64,000 nt of DNA, taken from Clostridiales bacterium UBA7285 (lineage in GTDB: Bacteria; Bacillota; Clostridia; Peptostreptococcales; Anaerovoracaceae). A model generated the notes under the pieces. The model was not told where the DNA came from and searched no databases. It saw only the letters and a list, made by a program, of their open reading frames with translations. Below, in pieces: positions 1 to 10,280 of this stretch (positions within the stretch are counted from its first letter, which is position 1; the number at the start of each line of letters is the position of its first letter). Made by a program: the position numbers and the translations under genes. The stretch covers positions 1,021 through 65,020 of the forward strand of contig DKRJ01000026.1 in the NCBI GenBank assembly GCA_002472145.1. The letters run 5' to 3'.

Positions 1-1051
1 AGGCGTAAAGATCGCTCTCCTCACAAGCGCGTCCGGACGGGCGGAAAAAAAGCGGATCATCGAAGGCCTCGCGGACGGAAGCATAGACATCCTGATAGCC
101 ACGCACGCCGTGCTCCAGGAAAATGTCAAATTCTCCAATCTCGGGCTCGTGATCACAGATGAGCAGCACAGATTCGGAGTCGAGCAGAGGCGCACTCTTT
201 CCGCAAAGGGAAGGAACGCGAACATCCTCGTCATGACTGCCACTCCGATACCGAGGACCCTGGCCGTAATACTCTACGGCGATCTCGACATCTCCCAGAT
301 CAAAACGATGCCAGCGGGCAGAAAGCCGATATCCACGACCGTAGTCACGCGCGATATGCGCGGAAGAGTCTACGATTTCGTGGGAAAGCAGGTAGCCATG
401 GGCAGGCAGGCGTATGTGATCGCGCCGCTCATAGAAAATTCGGAAAAGATAGATGCCGTGTCGGCCGGGGAACTGTATAAGGAAGTGTCGGAGAGATTCC
501 CGGAGCGCCGCGTCGCGCTAGTCCACGGCGCGATGAGACCGGCTGAAAAGGATGAGATCATGCGCGCGTTCGAGCGCGGAGAGACAGATATCCTCGTTTC
601 GACCGTGGTGGTGGAAGTCGGCATAAACGTAAAGAACGCCACCGTCATGGTCATTGAAAACGCAGAACGCTTCGGTCTCGCGCAGCTGCATCAGCTGAGA
701 GGCAGGGTCGGGCGCGGGGGCGGCGACTCGTATTGCTTCCTCGTGACAGACGACTCAAACGAACTGGCCATGAAGCGCGCGGAGATAATGAGTTCGACGA
801 CGAGCGGATTCGATATCGCCGAGGAAGACCTGAAACTGCGCGGCCCGGGTGAGATCTTCGGGACGAGGCAGCACGGCCTGCCGACGCTGGAGATCGCCGA
901 CCTGGTTCGCCATAAAGAGGTGCTCGAAGACGCGCTGGAAGCGGCAAAGGAGACGACCGCAGCCGATCCGGGCCTGAAAAAACCGGAGCATGCCGCTCTG
1001 CGCGAGCGCGTGGAAAAGATGTTCGGCGGCGAGGTGCGCCTCGACCTCTAG
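1..1051 (+). CDS. recG: ATP-dependent DNA helicase RecG, C-terminal part (5' end lies upstream of the window; frame is open from nt 2)
   Basis: Frame open from nt 2 with no stop. DEQH box (VITDEQHRFGV) and helicase C-terminal motifs (MTATPIPRTL, QLHQLRGRVGRG). Confidence 0.93.
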   Translation, partial: GVKIALLTSASGRAEKKRIIEGLADGSIDILIATHAVLQENVKFSNLGLVITDEQHRFGVEQRRTLSAKGRNANILVMTATPIPRTLAVILYGDLDISQIKTMPAGRKPISTTVVTRDMRGRVYDFVGKQVAMGRQAYVIAPLIENSEKIDAVSAGELYKEVSERFPERRVALVHGAMRPAEKDEIMRAFERGETDILVSTVVVEVGINVKNATVMVIENAERFGLAQLHQLRGRVGRGGGDSYCFLVTDDSNELAMKRAEIMSSTTSGFDIAEEDLKLRGPGEIFGTRQHGLPTLEIADLVRHKEVLEDALEAAKETTAADPGLKKPEHAALRERVEKMFGGEVRLDL

Positions 1052-1134
1052 GTGGGCTCCGGAAAAACTTTCATTGACCGGGGTTGTAATGTATAATGAA
1101 TTGACTAATATCTGGCATTGGGGATCAATAACAT

Positions 1135-1704
1135 ATGAAGATCATTGCGGGAGAATTCAAGGACAGACGCCTTGAAACTCCGGAAAACTACGATATCAGG
1201 CCTACAAGCAGCCGCATCCGCGAGTCGATATTCAACCTTTTGATGTATGAAATCGAGGACTCGTATTTCGTCGATCTCTTCGCAGGAACAGGAGGCGTGG
1301 GGCTCGAGGCGCTTTCCCGCGGAGCCGGAAAGTGCCTGTTCTGCGACAGCGACCGCGCTTCGGCCGCGATCATCAAAAGAAACGTCGCGGCGTGCAGGGC
1401 GGAGGACAGATCGCGGATCGTATCGGGAGATTTCATGAAGGCTCTCAGGTCCGTCAGGGAAAAAGTCGACATATTTTTCATCGATCCGCCTTACGCGACC
1501 GATCTGTGCGCGAGAGCGCTAGAAGCCATCGACAGTCTTGATTTATTGGCCTCTAACGGTATAATAATAGCGGAACACGACAGAAGAGACAGCCTCCCGG
1601 AACGCGTAGGGGGACTCGTTTTGTACCGTGATAAAAAATACGGCCGCGTCGTTCTTTCTTTTTACGTGCGCGAAGACTCGGCGTACGTACGCGGGGAGGA
1701 ATAA
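1135..1704 (+). CDS. rsmD: 16S rRNA (guanine966-N2)-methyltransferase RsmD
   Basis: N-terminus MKIIAGEFKDRRL..RPTSSRIRESIFN, SAM motif DLFAGTGGVGLEALSRGA, DPPY motif (FIDPPYA). Conserved position before coaD. Confidence 0.9.
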   Translation: MKIIAGEFKDRRLETPENYDIRPTSSRIRESIFNLLMYEIEDSYFVDLFAGTGGVGLEALSRGAGKCLFCDSDRASAAIIKRNVAACRAEDRSRIVSGDFMKALRSVREKVDIFFIDPPYATDLCARALEAIDSLDLLASNGIIIAEHDRRDSLPERVGGLVLYRDKKYGRVVLSFYVREDSAYVRGEE

Positions 1705-1706
1705 CA

Positions 1707-2204
1707 TTGACTAAAGCTCTCTATTCTGGGTCATTCGATCCTATGACGAACGGCCACCTCGACATCATCAAAAGATCCTCACGCATGTTCGACGTGCTCG
1801 TTGTGGGAGTCGTCGCGAATCCTCGCAAGAATCCTCTTTTCACGCTCGAGGAACGCGTTGAGATGATCAAAGAAGCGACCATGGACATCCCTAACGTCGA
1901 GGTCGACAGCTTCACCGGGCTTCTGGCTCATTACGTGAACGACAACAATTTCGACGCCGTCGTGAGAGGGCTGAGAGCTACGTCCGATTTCGAGTACGAA
2001 ATACAGATGGCGCAGATGAACGCGAGGCTCTTCAGGCCGGGGACGGAATCCGTCTTCCTCATGACGTCCCCTAAATACTCGTTCATCAGCTCGAGCATGA
2101 TAAAGGAAGTAGTTTCTCTGGGAGGCTCTGTGAACGGGCTCGTCCCTCAGAACATTCTGGCAAAGATAAAAGAAAAGTATTCCATCAGGGAGGTATCAAA
2201 ATGA
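1707..2204 (+). CDS. coaD: phosphopantetheine adenylyltransferase
   Basis: TTG start 7-8 nt after a GGGGAGGAA RBS. GSFDPMTNGH nucleotidyltransferase motif; length 165 aa. Confidence 0.93.
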   Translation: MTKALYSGSFDPMTNGHLDIIKRSSRMFDVLVVGVVANPRKNPLFTLEERVEMIKEATMDIPNVEVDSFTGLLAHYVNDNNFDAVVRGLRATSDFEYEIQMAQMNARLFRPGTESVFLMTSPKYSFISSSMIKEVVSLGGSVNGLVPQNILAKIKEKYSIREVSK

Positions 2205-2803
2205 CAGTACTCGAACTCCTCGACGAACTTGAGGAGATAATAAACACGGCGCCTAAGTTCCCGCTGACGGGCAAGGTCATGGTCGACGCGACGGAGATCC
2301 TGGACCTTTCCAAGGATATCAGGCTCAGCCTTCCTGACGACGTTCAGCAGGCAAAATGGATCCGCGACGAAAAAGAGCGCATCCTCTCGGACGCGAAGAA
2401 AGAGTATGAAAAGATCATCCTCGAGGCGAAGAAACAGGCCGACACGATGGTCGAGAACGACGTGATCACCCAGAGGTCGCTCGAGGTCGCAAACGAGATA
2501 TATAAGCGAGCCGATGATTATTCGACTGAGATGCGTCTGCGCACGTTCGACTACATGAACGAGATCCTCGGCGATTTCCGCAATAAGATCGACGACGTGA
2601 ACAACACATATATCGCCGGCATGTTCGACGACATCAACAAAAAGATGAACGAGATGGCCGCAAAGGTAGACGGCGACAGGGAGCAGCTCGTAAACATGAG
2701 CGACGAGACTAGGAATCAGGCTCCTCCTGTCCACGACATCGAGATCCCGGTAGGCGGGGGATCCGAAGGGAACGCTGAAACGGATGAAGCGGATGAAGCC
2801 TGA
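2201..2803 (+). CDS. hypothetical coiled-coil protein with an acidic tail (conserved neighbour of coaD and tmcAL in Firmicutes)
   Basis: ATGA overlap with the coaD stop. Charged, heptad-rich sequence (KKEYEKIILEAKKQADTMVEND). No catalytic motif recognised. Confidence 0.7.
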   Translation: MTVLELLDELEEIINTAPKFPLTGKVMVDATEILDLSKDIRLSLPDDVQQAKWIRDEKERILSDAKKEYEKIILEAKKQADTMVENDVITQRSLEVANEIYKRADDYSTEMRLRTFDYMNEILGDFRNKIDDVNNTYIAGMFDDINKKMNEMAAKVDGDREQLVNMSDETRNQAPPVHDIEIPVGGGSEGNAETDEADEA

Positions 2804-3944
2804 GAACATCGAGACTATCGGCGTCGTGGCGGAATTCGATCCTTTCCACGACGGCCATATTTATCTCGCCGAAACCGCCAAAAGAATAACCGGAGCATCG
2901 AACGCGGCCGCGGTGATGAGCGGCCCGTTCACACAGCGGGGCAAACCCGCTGTTTTTGATAAGTGGAAGCGCGCGGCCGACGCGGTCAGATCTGGGGTGT
3001 ACTGTCTCGTGGTCGAACTGCCCGCCGTCTGCGCCGTTTCGAGCGCAGGCACGTTCGCCGCGGGAGGGGTAGGCGTCCTGAAGGCTCTCGGATGTGTGGA
3101 CGCCCTCGCGTTCGGCAGCGAGTCCGGCGACGCCGAAACGCTCAAACGCCTTGCCCGGTCGTACGATCTGCTCGAGGAAGACGGCGGTGAACTGATAAAA
3201 AAGCACCTCGCCGGAGGTTTGTCCTACCCGGCGGCGAGACAACTCGCACTGGAGGAACTCCTGCGATCCGGCGACGATGCGGCTGCCGAGGCTGCGAAGG
3301 CGCCGAACAATATCCTGGCGGCCGAATACATCCGCGCCGCCGGAGACATGCCGTTCGTGACGGTAAAGAGAAACGATCCCGGGCACAGCGCGACCTCTAC
3401 GCAGCTTCGCAGGAAGCTCGCGGAGACGGATGGAGAGCGTCTCGGTAGAATGGACAGTTCTCTCTTTGATCTCGTCCGCGCCGCCGTTCTGTCAAAGAGC
3501 GCAGATGAAACAGAGCGCATCGCATCTGCCGGCGAGGGGATATCCAACAGGCTGAAGAGCGAAGTCAGATATGCGTCGGACCTCGATGACCTGGTCGCGC
3601 GGGTAAAGTCGAAGCGCTACACGTATTCGAGGATAAGCCGTCTTTTGATACAGCTCCTTCTGGGTATAGAACAGGAAAAGGCGGATCAGGTCGCCGGAGC
3701 GCTCTATATCAGGCCGCTGGCCTTTGACGAGAGAGGCGCGGCTCTCCTGCGGCGCGTCAGGAAAGAGCATCTCAACACGGCTCCCGTCATCGACAGTGTC
3801 GCGGAGTCATTGAAAGAGGGCGGAGAGATCTCGCGCGTCCTTGCGACCGACGTACTCGCGGAGGACATTTACTCCATCATCTCCGGTTCGGATCTGTACG
3901 CCGAGTCTGATTTTGTCAGAAAGCCAGTCTTCATCCGGAGGTAA
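2784..3944 (+). CDS. tmcAL: tRNA(Met) cytidine acetate ligase TmcAL (YlbM/UPF0348 nucleotidyltransferase)
   Basis: VVAEFDPFHDGHIYL (HxGH-type motif), MSGPFTQRG, and the ylbM position after coaD. The start could be 2784 or 2793. Confidence 0.85.
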   Translation: MKRMKPENIETIGVVAEFDPFHDGHIYLAETAKRITGASNAAAVMSGPFTQRGKPAVFDKWKRAADAVRSGVYCLVVELPAVCAVSSAGTFAAGGVGVLKALGCVDALAFGSESGDAETLKRLARSYDLLEEDGGELIKKHLAGGLSYPAARQLALEELLRSGDDAAAEAAKAPNNILAAEYIRAAGDMPFVTVKRNDPGHSATSTQLRRKLAETDGERLGRMDSSLFDLVRAAVLSKSADETERIASAGEGISNRLKSEVRYASDLDDLVARVKSKRYTYSRISRLLIQLLLGIEQEKADQVAGALYIRPLAFDERGAALLRRVRKEHLNTAPVIDSVAESLKEGGEISRVLATDVLAEDIYSIISGSDLYAESDFVRKPVFIRR

Positions 3945-3997
3945 TGCGCCGCCGGCGGGGGAGCACGGGGAAGGCTGAAAAAGCAAGGAGAAACGAA

Positions 3998-4213
3998 ATG
4001 ATAACAGATAAAGAAATCGAAAGAATAAACGAACTCTACCACAAGTCGAAGACCGATGAGGGCCTCACACCAGAGGAGGCGGAGGAGCAGAAGCGCCTCA
4101 GACGCCTGTATATCGACTCGTTTAAAGAGAACCTCAGATCGCAGCTCGACAGCATCACGGTCATAGATGACAACTACGAGGGACCGGAGAACAAGACTGT
4201 TAAAATAATGTAA
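3998..4213 (+). CDS. DUF896/UPF0291 family small protein (YnzC-like)
   Basis: ATG at 3998 preceded by AAGGAG. MITDKEIERINELYHKSKTDEGLTPEEAEEQKRLRRLYIDSFKENLR is typical of DUF896. The longer ORF from 3944 is probably not used. Confidence 0.8.
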   Translation: MITDKEIERINELYHKSKTDEGLTPEEAEEQKRLRRLYIDSFKENLRSQLDSITVIDDNYEGPENKTVKIM

Positions 4214-4323
4214 CAATCTCATAAAGCGCGGCGTTTGAATCCGCTTCCCCAAAGGTATAAATAAAGGGGCCGCAGGAGCGGCACGTTTTTATCAAAGGCA
4301 ATACCAAGGAGAAAGATTCAGAA

Positions 4324-5496
4324 ATGAGACATGTCTATCTTGATTACTCAGCGACGACGCCGATAAAACCGGAAGTGCTCGACGCGATGATGCCGTATCT
4401 GAAGGAATACTACGGCAACGCATCGAGCCTTTACGATCTCGGGCTCGAGTCTAAGAGAGCGTTGGATAAAGCGAGAGAGCAGGTCGCTCATCTCATCGGA
4501 GCGCAGCCTCGCGAGATTTATTTTACCGGATGCGGATCGGAAGGCGATAACTGGACGCTCATGTCAGTCGCCGAAACGATGGGCGCAAAGGGAAATCACA
4601 TAATAACGACGGCGGAAGAGCATCCCGCGATGCTCAGGACGTGCGAATTCCTTCAGAAGCATGGATTTGAGGTAACGTACCTCGGAATAGATAAGGAAGG
4701 CAGGATCGATCCGGCCGAACTGGAAGCCGCCATCACGGACAAGACGATCCTTGTCAGCATCATGATGGTCAACAACGAGATCGGAACCATTCATCCGATC
4801 AAGGAACTGGCGGCCATCGCTCATAAACACGGCGTACTGTTCCATACGGACGCTGTGCAGGCGCTCGGGAACGTTCCTATCGACGTAAAGGACCTCGGAG
4901 TCGACTTCCTTTCGGTATCTTCTCATAAGATCTACGGGCCGAAGGGCGTCGGGGCGCTTTACGCAAAGACCGGAGTCAGGCTCACGAGCTACATCCACGG
5001 CGGCGAGCAGGAGAACAACAAGCGCGCAGGCACGGAAAACGTAGCGGGCATCGTCGGATTCGGCAAGGCCGCTGAACTGGCCGAGACGAACCTCCCGCAT
5101 CACGTAAAACAGGTCAGCGAGCTGCGCGATTACATGGCAAAGAGGATCACCGAGGAGATCCCGGACTGCTTCATCAACGGAACGATGGAAAACAGACATC
5201 CGGGCAACCTGAACGTGACTTTCAAATATATCGAGGGAGAGTCAATTCTCCTTCAGCTCAACAGATTCGGGATCTACGTTTCAACAGGCTCGGCGTGCTC
5301 ATCTAAATCGCTGAAGCCGTCGCACGTCCTTTCGGCGCTTGGCGTGAGCGACGAGATGATACACGGAACCGTCAGATTCACCGTAGGAGATATGACGACA
5401 AAGGATGACATCGACTACACCGTCGATCATTTGAAAGCGGTCGTCGAGTGGTTGAGATCGGTTTCGTGTCTCACGCCTGCGAAAGGAGATAAATAA
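4324..5496 (+). CDS. nifS: cysteine desulfurase NifS
   Basis: PLP-lysine motif SSHKIYGPKG, catalytic loop STGSACSS, followed directly by nifU. Confidence 0.95.
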   Translation: MRHVYLDYSATTPIKPEVLDAMMPYLKEYYGNASSLYDLGLESKRALDKAREQVAHLIGAQPREIYFTGCGSEGDNWTLMSVAETMGAKGNHIITTAEEHPAMLRTCEFLQKHGFEVTYLGIDKEGRIDPAELEAAITDKTILVSIMMVNNEIGTIHPIKELAAIAHKHGVLFHTDAVQALGNVPIDVKDLGVDFLSVSSHKIYGPKGVGALYAKTGVRLTSYIHGGEQENNKRAGTENVAGIVGFGKAAELAETNLPHHVKQVSELRDYMAKRITEEIPDCFINGTMENRHPGNLNVTFKYIEGESILLQLNRFGIYVSTGSACSSKSLKPSHVLSALGVSDEMIHGTVRFTVGDMTTKDDIDYTVDHLKAVVEWLRSVSCLTPAKGDK

Positions 5497-5498
5497 CA

Positions 5499-5921
5499 AT
5501 GGGACTTTATAACGACACAGTAATGGAAAACTTCATGCACCCGAAGAACGTGGGTGAGATAGAGAATCCGGACGGCGTAGGCATCTACGGAAGCCCTGTG
5601 TGCGGCGATATGATGCAGATGCAGATCAAAGTCGACGAGAACGACGTCATCACGGACTGCAAATTCAAGACGTTCGGATGCGCCAGCGCGATCGCTTCCT
5701 CCAGCATGGCGACGTCCATGATCATCGGGAAGACCGTCGAAGAAGCGCTGGAGATCACGAACAAAGACGTCGTGGACGAACTCGGGGGACTCCCTGCCGT
5801 AAAGATCCACTGCTCCGTGCTCGCGAGCCACGCCATCAAGTCTGCGATCTACGACTACGCGAAAAAGCACGGCAAGACGTATAAGGGCCTCGAAGGCTTC
5901 GACCCGGACGCCGACGAATAG
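5499..5921 (+). CDS. nifU: Fe-S cluster assembly scaffold NifU/IscU-like
   Basis: Three conserved Cys contexts (SPVCGDMM, FGCASAIASS, IHCSVLA). 140 aa. Confidence 0.95.
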   Translation: MGLYNDTVMENFMHPKNVGEIENPDGVGIYGSPVCGDMMQMQIKVDENDVITDCKFKTFGCASAIASSSMATSMIIGKTVEEALEITNKDVVDELGGLPAVKIHCSVLASHAIKSAIYDYAKKHGKTYKGLEGFDPDADE

Positions 5922-5973
5922 AACGCTTTTAACAAAACACGACGCGGCTGACACGCCGCGCAGCATCAGATAA

Positions 5974-7362
5974 ATGAGTTTATCGGAAAAATTGAAACTC
6001 AAACAGAATCTGGACATGACATCAGGAAGCATACCACGCCTCCTGATTTCTTTTGCTGCGCCTCTTTTGATCGGCAACCTGTTCCAGCAGCTCTACAACA
6101 TGGTAGACACGTGGGTGCTGGGAAACTTTGCCACGAATGAGGCTTTTTCCGCTGTCGGATCCGTCTCTAACATCATCTATCTGATGATATCGCTCGCCGC
6201 GGGGCTCGGCGGCGGCGCCGGGATCGTCGTATCGCAGTATTACGGCGCTAAGGACGACGAAGGCCTGAGCCGCATCTCGCACACGGCGATGTTTATGACG
6301 CTTTTCATCTCGATCGGAACGACTATCGTCGGACTGGCCCTGATCGATCCGATGCTCGAACTGATGAACATGCCCGCATCTGTAGCCCCGGATGCAAAAA
6401 CGTATCTCTTCATCATCGACTGCGGCCTCGCAGGTACGATGTATTTCAACATGGGAGCGGCCATACTTAGAGCGATTGGCGACTCCGTCAGGCCGTTTAT
6501 CTACGGCGCCGTCTGCGCGGTCCTGAACATCTTCGGCGACCTGCTGCTCGTCATCCGATTCGATATGGGAGTCGCCGGCGTCGCGCTCGCCACCGTCATT
6601 TCGCAGGCGGTGTCGGCGGTGCTTGTGATCATCGCGCTGGCGCGGAGCAGCACAGCTGTCAGGCTCTCGATGTCACGCATGCACATCCATCGCGGAGAAC
6701 TCGTAAAGACGCTGAAACTGGGTATCCCGTCCGCTCTGCAGATGGGGATAATCTCGTTCTCGAACGTCTTTGTTCAGGGCTACATCAACTATTTCGGACC
6801 TAACGTCATGTCAGGATGGACGGCATATTCTAAGGTAGACGCTCTGCTGCTCCTGCCGCTGCAGTCTCTCTGCATGGCAGTATCGACGTTCTCCGGTCAA
6901 AACATAGGCATCGGGAACGAAGAGCGCGCGCGCCGCGGAGTGCGCATCGGATATTACATGTGCCTCATCGCGAACGCAGTCCCTCTCATACCAGTTATGA
7001 TCTTTGCCCCTCAGATCGTCGCGTTTTTCAACGCTAAGCCTGAGGTCGTAGAATACGGTTCGGCGTTCCTTAGGTGGATCAGCCCGTTCTACCTGCTCAG
7101 CTGCAGCTGCGACATCGAGAGCAGCGGACTGCGCGGTGCGGGCGACGTAAAATGGCCTGTCACCATAACGATCTTTTCATACGTGGTTTTCCGTCAGATC
7201 TATCTTTACTTGATGGCAAACTATATCTCCAACACTGTTCTTCCTATAGCCATGGGCTATCCGGCGGGCTGGATGGTCTGCGCCGTGCTTATGTTCATAC
7301 ACTACAGGCGCGTCGACATGAGCAGATACGCCGTGACGAACAGATCTTCCTCTTTGACCTGA
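5974..7362 (+). CDS. MATE family efflux transporter
   Basis: About 12 TM segments. N-terminus GSIPRLLISFAAPLLIGNLFQQLYNMVDTWVLG is typical of MATE. Confidence 0.9.
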   Translation: MSLSEKLKLKQNLDMTSGSIPRLLISFAAPLLIGNLFQQLYNMVDTWVLGNFATNEAFSAVGSVSNIIYLMISLAAGLGGGAGIVVSQYYGAKDDEGLSRISHTAMFMTLFISIGTTIVGLALIDPMLELMNMPASVAPDAKTYLFIIDCGLAGTMYFNMGAAILRAIGDSVRPFIYGAVCAVLNIFGDLLLVIRFDMGVAGVALATVISQAVSAVLVIIALARSSTAVRLSMSRMHIHRGELVKTLKLGIPSALQMGIISFSNVFVQGYINYFGPNVMSGWTAYSKVDALLLLPLQSLCMAVSTFSGQNIGIGNEERARRGVRIGYYMCLIANAVPLIPVMIFAPQIVAFFNAKPEVVEYGSAFLRWISPFYLLSCSCDIESSGLRGAGDVKWPVTITIFSYVVFRQIYLYLMANYISNTVLPIAMGYPAGWMVCAVLMFIHYRRVDMSRYAVTNRSSSLT

Positions 7363-7433
7363 CATGTTTTAACTTAATCTAAGGCTTCTTCCGTATACTT
7401 TGCATAAAGCATTCGGAAGGGAGGCTTTCTGAT

Positions 7434-8492
7434 ATGGAAAACACAAAAAGGATCGCTTTAGTGCCCGCTTATGAGCCGGACGGCGCGCTGCTCGCGGTGC
7501 TAAAGGATCTTAAAGAATACGGATTTGATATCTTAGTCGACAACGACGGCAGTTCTGAGGATAAGGAAAAAATATTTGCGCAGGCGGCGGAATACGGCAC
7601 CGTGATCGCTCATGAAGAGAACATGGGCAAGGGGAGAGCCGTAAAGACGGGGCTTGAGTATATACGGGACAATTTTCCCGCTGACTCGACGATCGTGACC
7701 GTAGACGCGGACGGGCAGCATACGGCAAAGGACGCCGCCATGCTGGCGGACGCGGCCGAAAAGGCTCCGGGCACGCTGGTGCTCGGCAGCAGGAAGATGA
7801 CCGGAAAAGCGCCGCTGAGGAGCAGGCTCGGAAACGGCATAACGCGTTTTATCTACAGGGTGTCCACCGGGAAGGGCGTATATGATACGCAGACCGGACT
7901 GCGCGCGTTCAGCGCTTCTCTGATCCCTGAATTCATCGACATCGAGGGTGAGAGGTACGAATACGAGATAAACGTACTCCTGGAGGCTCCGGGGCTGGGC
8001 GTTCCGATCGAGGAAAAACCCATCGAGACCATCTATTCCCGCGGGAACAAAAGTTCGCACTTCGACACAGTGAAAGACTCGTTTCGCATGTACCGCGAGA
8101 TACTGAAATTCTCGGCTTCGTCGATACTCAGTTTCCTGCTCGACTACGGACTTTTCGCCCTGTTCTCGATGATCACAGCTGGTATTGGCACTGCGAGCGT
8201 CGCCGTATCGAACGTATTTGCGCGCGTCATCAGCGCGACGTTCAACTTCACGGTAAACAAGCGATTTGTCTTCAAGAGCGGAGCCGATACGGCCGAATCC
8301 GCGGTCAGGTACTTCATACTCGCCGCAGTGATCCTCATCGGGAACACGTTCGTCCTGAACACGCTGACAGGGCGGTTCGGCGTCAACAGGTACGCGGCAA
8401 AGATAGCCACGGAGATCATTTTCTTCGCGATCAGTTACGTGATGCAGCATACGTATGTATTCGCGGACAAAAAGGAGGCGGTGCGTCAATGA
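7434..8492 (+). CDS. family 2 glycosyltransferase fused to a GtrA-like membrane domain
   Basis: N-terminal GT-A fold (VPAYEPDG, DxD-like VDADGQH). C-terminal 4-TM GtrA-like segment (FNFTVNKRFVFK). Confidence 0.85.
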   Translation: MENTKRIALVPAYEPDGALLAVLKDLKEYGFDILVDNDGSSEDKEKIFAQAAEYGTVIAHEENMGKGRAVKTGLEYIRDNFPADSTIVTVDADGQHTAKDAAMLADAAEKAPGTLVLGSRKMTGKAPLRSRLGNGITRFIYRVSTGKGVYDTQTGLRAFSASLIPEFIDIEGERYEYEINVLLEAPGLGVPIEEKPIETIYSRGNKSSHFDTVKDSFRMYREILKFSASSILSFLLDYGLFALFSMITAGIGTASVAVSNVFARVISATFNFTVNKRFVFKSGADTAESAVRYFILAAVILIGNTFVLNTLTGRFGVNRYAAKIATEIIFFAISYVMQHTYVFADKKEAVRQ

Positions 8493-9475
8493 ACAGGAGG
8501 ATAAGGAACGTAATATTCGCCGTGATGCTGACCGCGTTCACGGTCTACTCGGTGCTGGATACCTTCGTGATATCCAGAGCGTATGCGGTCGTGCAGACGG
8601 ACCAGGCCGCACAAACGGAGAGCGTCAGCGCGGATACGTCCGGAACGGGATCCGGCGGTTCGGAAACCGATGCAGCTTCGGGCACGTCAGATGCGGGCTC
8701 CGACACTTCGGAAGAAGATGCAGGATCCGCGTCTCAGGAGCCTGTCGTCACAGACACGTCTTACAGCGATGAAAATATCACGGTGACCCTGAGCGAGTAC
8801 AGAGAGAACGATACTACCATTTACGTCGCTGACGTCACGCTTTCATCCGCAGAATACCTGAAGACTGCGTTCGCGCAGAACATCTACGGTAAGAACGTAA
8901 CAGCAAAGACTTCGGAAACGGCCTCAGACGCGGACGCGATCCTGGCGATAAACGGCGATTACTACGGAGCGAGAAATTCCGGCTACGTAATCAGGAACGG
9001 CGTGATCTACCGCAGCGAAGGCTCATCCGGAAATGAAGACCTCGTCATATACGAGGACGGAAGCTTCGGGATAATATCCGAGGATTCGGTCAGCGCTGAG
9101 GAACTCCTGGCAGACGGAGCAGAGCAGGTGCTGTCATTCGGACCGGCTCTCATAGAGGATGGCAATATTTCCGTCTCGGAGGGTGAGGAGGTCGGCAAAG
9201 CAATGGCGAGCAACCCACGCACGGCGATCGGTATAATTGATGACCTGCACTACGTGTTCGTCGTGTCGGACGGACGCACGAGCGAGAGCGAAGGTCTGAA
9301 CCTGTACGAACTGGCGGGATTCATGGAGAGCCTGGGCGTGGAGACTGCGTATAACCTCGACGGAGGAGGCTCGTCTACAATGTATTTCCTAGGAAGCGTA
9401 GTGAACAACCCTACGACAAACGGAAGGACGATCGGAGAAAGGAGCGTGAGCGACATTGTCTACATCGGAAATTGA
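8489..9475 (+). CDS. secreted phosphodiester glycosidase family protein (DUF2233/NAGPA-like)
   Basis: N-terminal TM or signal anchor and a Ser/Thr/Asp/Gly-rich linker. Motifs AINGDYY, SFGPALIEDG, NPRTAIGI, NLDGGGSS. 4-nt overlap with the GT2 gene. Confidence 0.85.
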   Translation: MNRRIRNVIFAVMLTAFTVYSVLDTFVISRAYAVVQTDQAAQTESVSADTSGTGSGGSETDAASGTSDAGSDTSEEDAGSASQEPVVTDTSYSDENITVTLSEYRENDTTIYVADVTLSSAEYLKTAFAQNIYGKNVTAKTSETASDADAILAINGDYYGARNSGYVIRNGVIYRSEGSSGNEDLVIYEDGSFGIISEDSVSAEELLADGAEQVLSFGPALIEDGNISVSEGEEVGKAMASNPRTAIGIIDDLHYVFVVSDGRTSESEGLNLYELAGFMESLGVETAYNLDGGGSSTMYFLGSVVNNPTTNGRTIGERSVSDIVYIGN

Positions 9476-9965
9476 AAGAACAGAAAGAAGGAGCGCGGTC
9501 AGATTCGCCCTGATGTCGGCGCTGTGCCTCGTGTTTGCTTTGATATATGAGCATTTCAGCCACCAGGTGTATTCTGCGTATATGATTTTTGCCTTTGTCA
9601 TACCGTTTCTGGGAGGAGCGCTCCCGCACTATCTGATCTCCAGGTCGCGCGCGTCCGAATTCGATCAGACCGAATTCGACAGGATGGGGCTCGGAGACTC
9701 GGGACAGCGCGTAAAGCGCGCGGAGACGCTCGGCCTCGACCCATATAATTACGGGGTCGAGACGCTCACGGTCGGCAGCCTGTTCAAGGGCGTGCTTGAA
9801 ATATACGGCACGACCAGCCGCCTGACCGCTTTCTACCTCATCGCCGGGATATTTTTGGCGCTGGCGGGAGTTTTGATATATATCTTCCGGGGAAATATGG
9901 TAAAATATAAGACGAGCGAGGTCCCGCGCCGCGAACGGAGCGGGAAGGAGCGATATTTCTCATAA
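9456..9965 (+). CDS. hypothetical membrane protein (3-4 TM)
   Basis: Hydrophobic segments (FALMSALCLVFALIY, MIFAFVIPFLGGAL, FYLIAGIFLALAGVLIYIF). TTG start overlaps the upstream gene by 20 nt; the start is uncertain (alternative ATG at 9513). Confidence 0.55.
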   Translation: MSTSEIERTERRSAVRFALMSALCLVFALIYEHFSHQVYSAYMIFAFVIPFLGGALPHYLISRSRASEFDQTEFDRMGLGDSGQRVKRAETLGLDPYNYGVETLTVGSLFKGVLEIYGTTSRLTAFYLIAGIFLALAGVLIYIFRGNMVKYKTSEVPRRERSGKERYFS

Positions 9966-9978
9966 GGAGATCATCTTC

Positions 9979-10221
9979 ATGGGCATCAGATACAGAAAGA
10001 GCATCAATCTCCCGTTCGGGTTCAGAGTCAATCTCAGCAAATCCGGCGTCGGCTTCAGCTGGGGGCGCAAGGGGATCAGGATCACCAGAACAGCAAAGGG
10101 AAAGGTCCGCAGGACATACTCGATACCCGGGACCGGCATCTCGTACGTGAGCGAAGGGAATCCGTTGGATAAACTGAAAGGAAGAGAAGACGACACCGGA
10201 GAGACCGGGACGAAGGAGTGA
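9979..10221 (+). CDS. DUF4236 domain small basic protein
   Basis: MGIRYRKSINLPFGFRVNLSKSGVGFSWGRKGIRIT...SIPGTGISYV matches the DUF4236 signature as I recall it. Followed by a strong terminator. Confidence 0.7.
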   Translation: MGIRYRKSINLPFGFRVNLSKSGVGFSWGRKGIRITRTAKGKVRRTYSIPGTGISYVSEGNPLDKLKGREDDTGETGTKE

Positions 10222-10280
10222 TCCCGGAGCGGCGCCGCGGCAGTCTGACATCACTTTAAAGATTTTGTAAAACTAACCCG

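Noticed and set aside
7533-8489. 318-aa minus-strand ORF antisense to the GT2-GtrA gene
   Set aside because: Shadow ORF with Arg-rich composition. The + strand frame has DxD and GtrA features.
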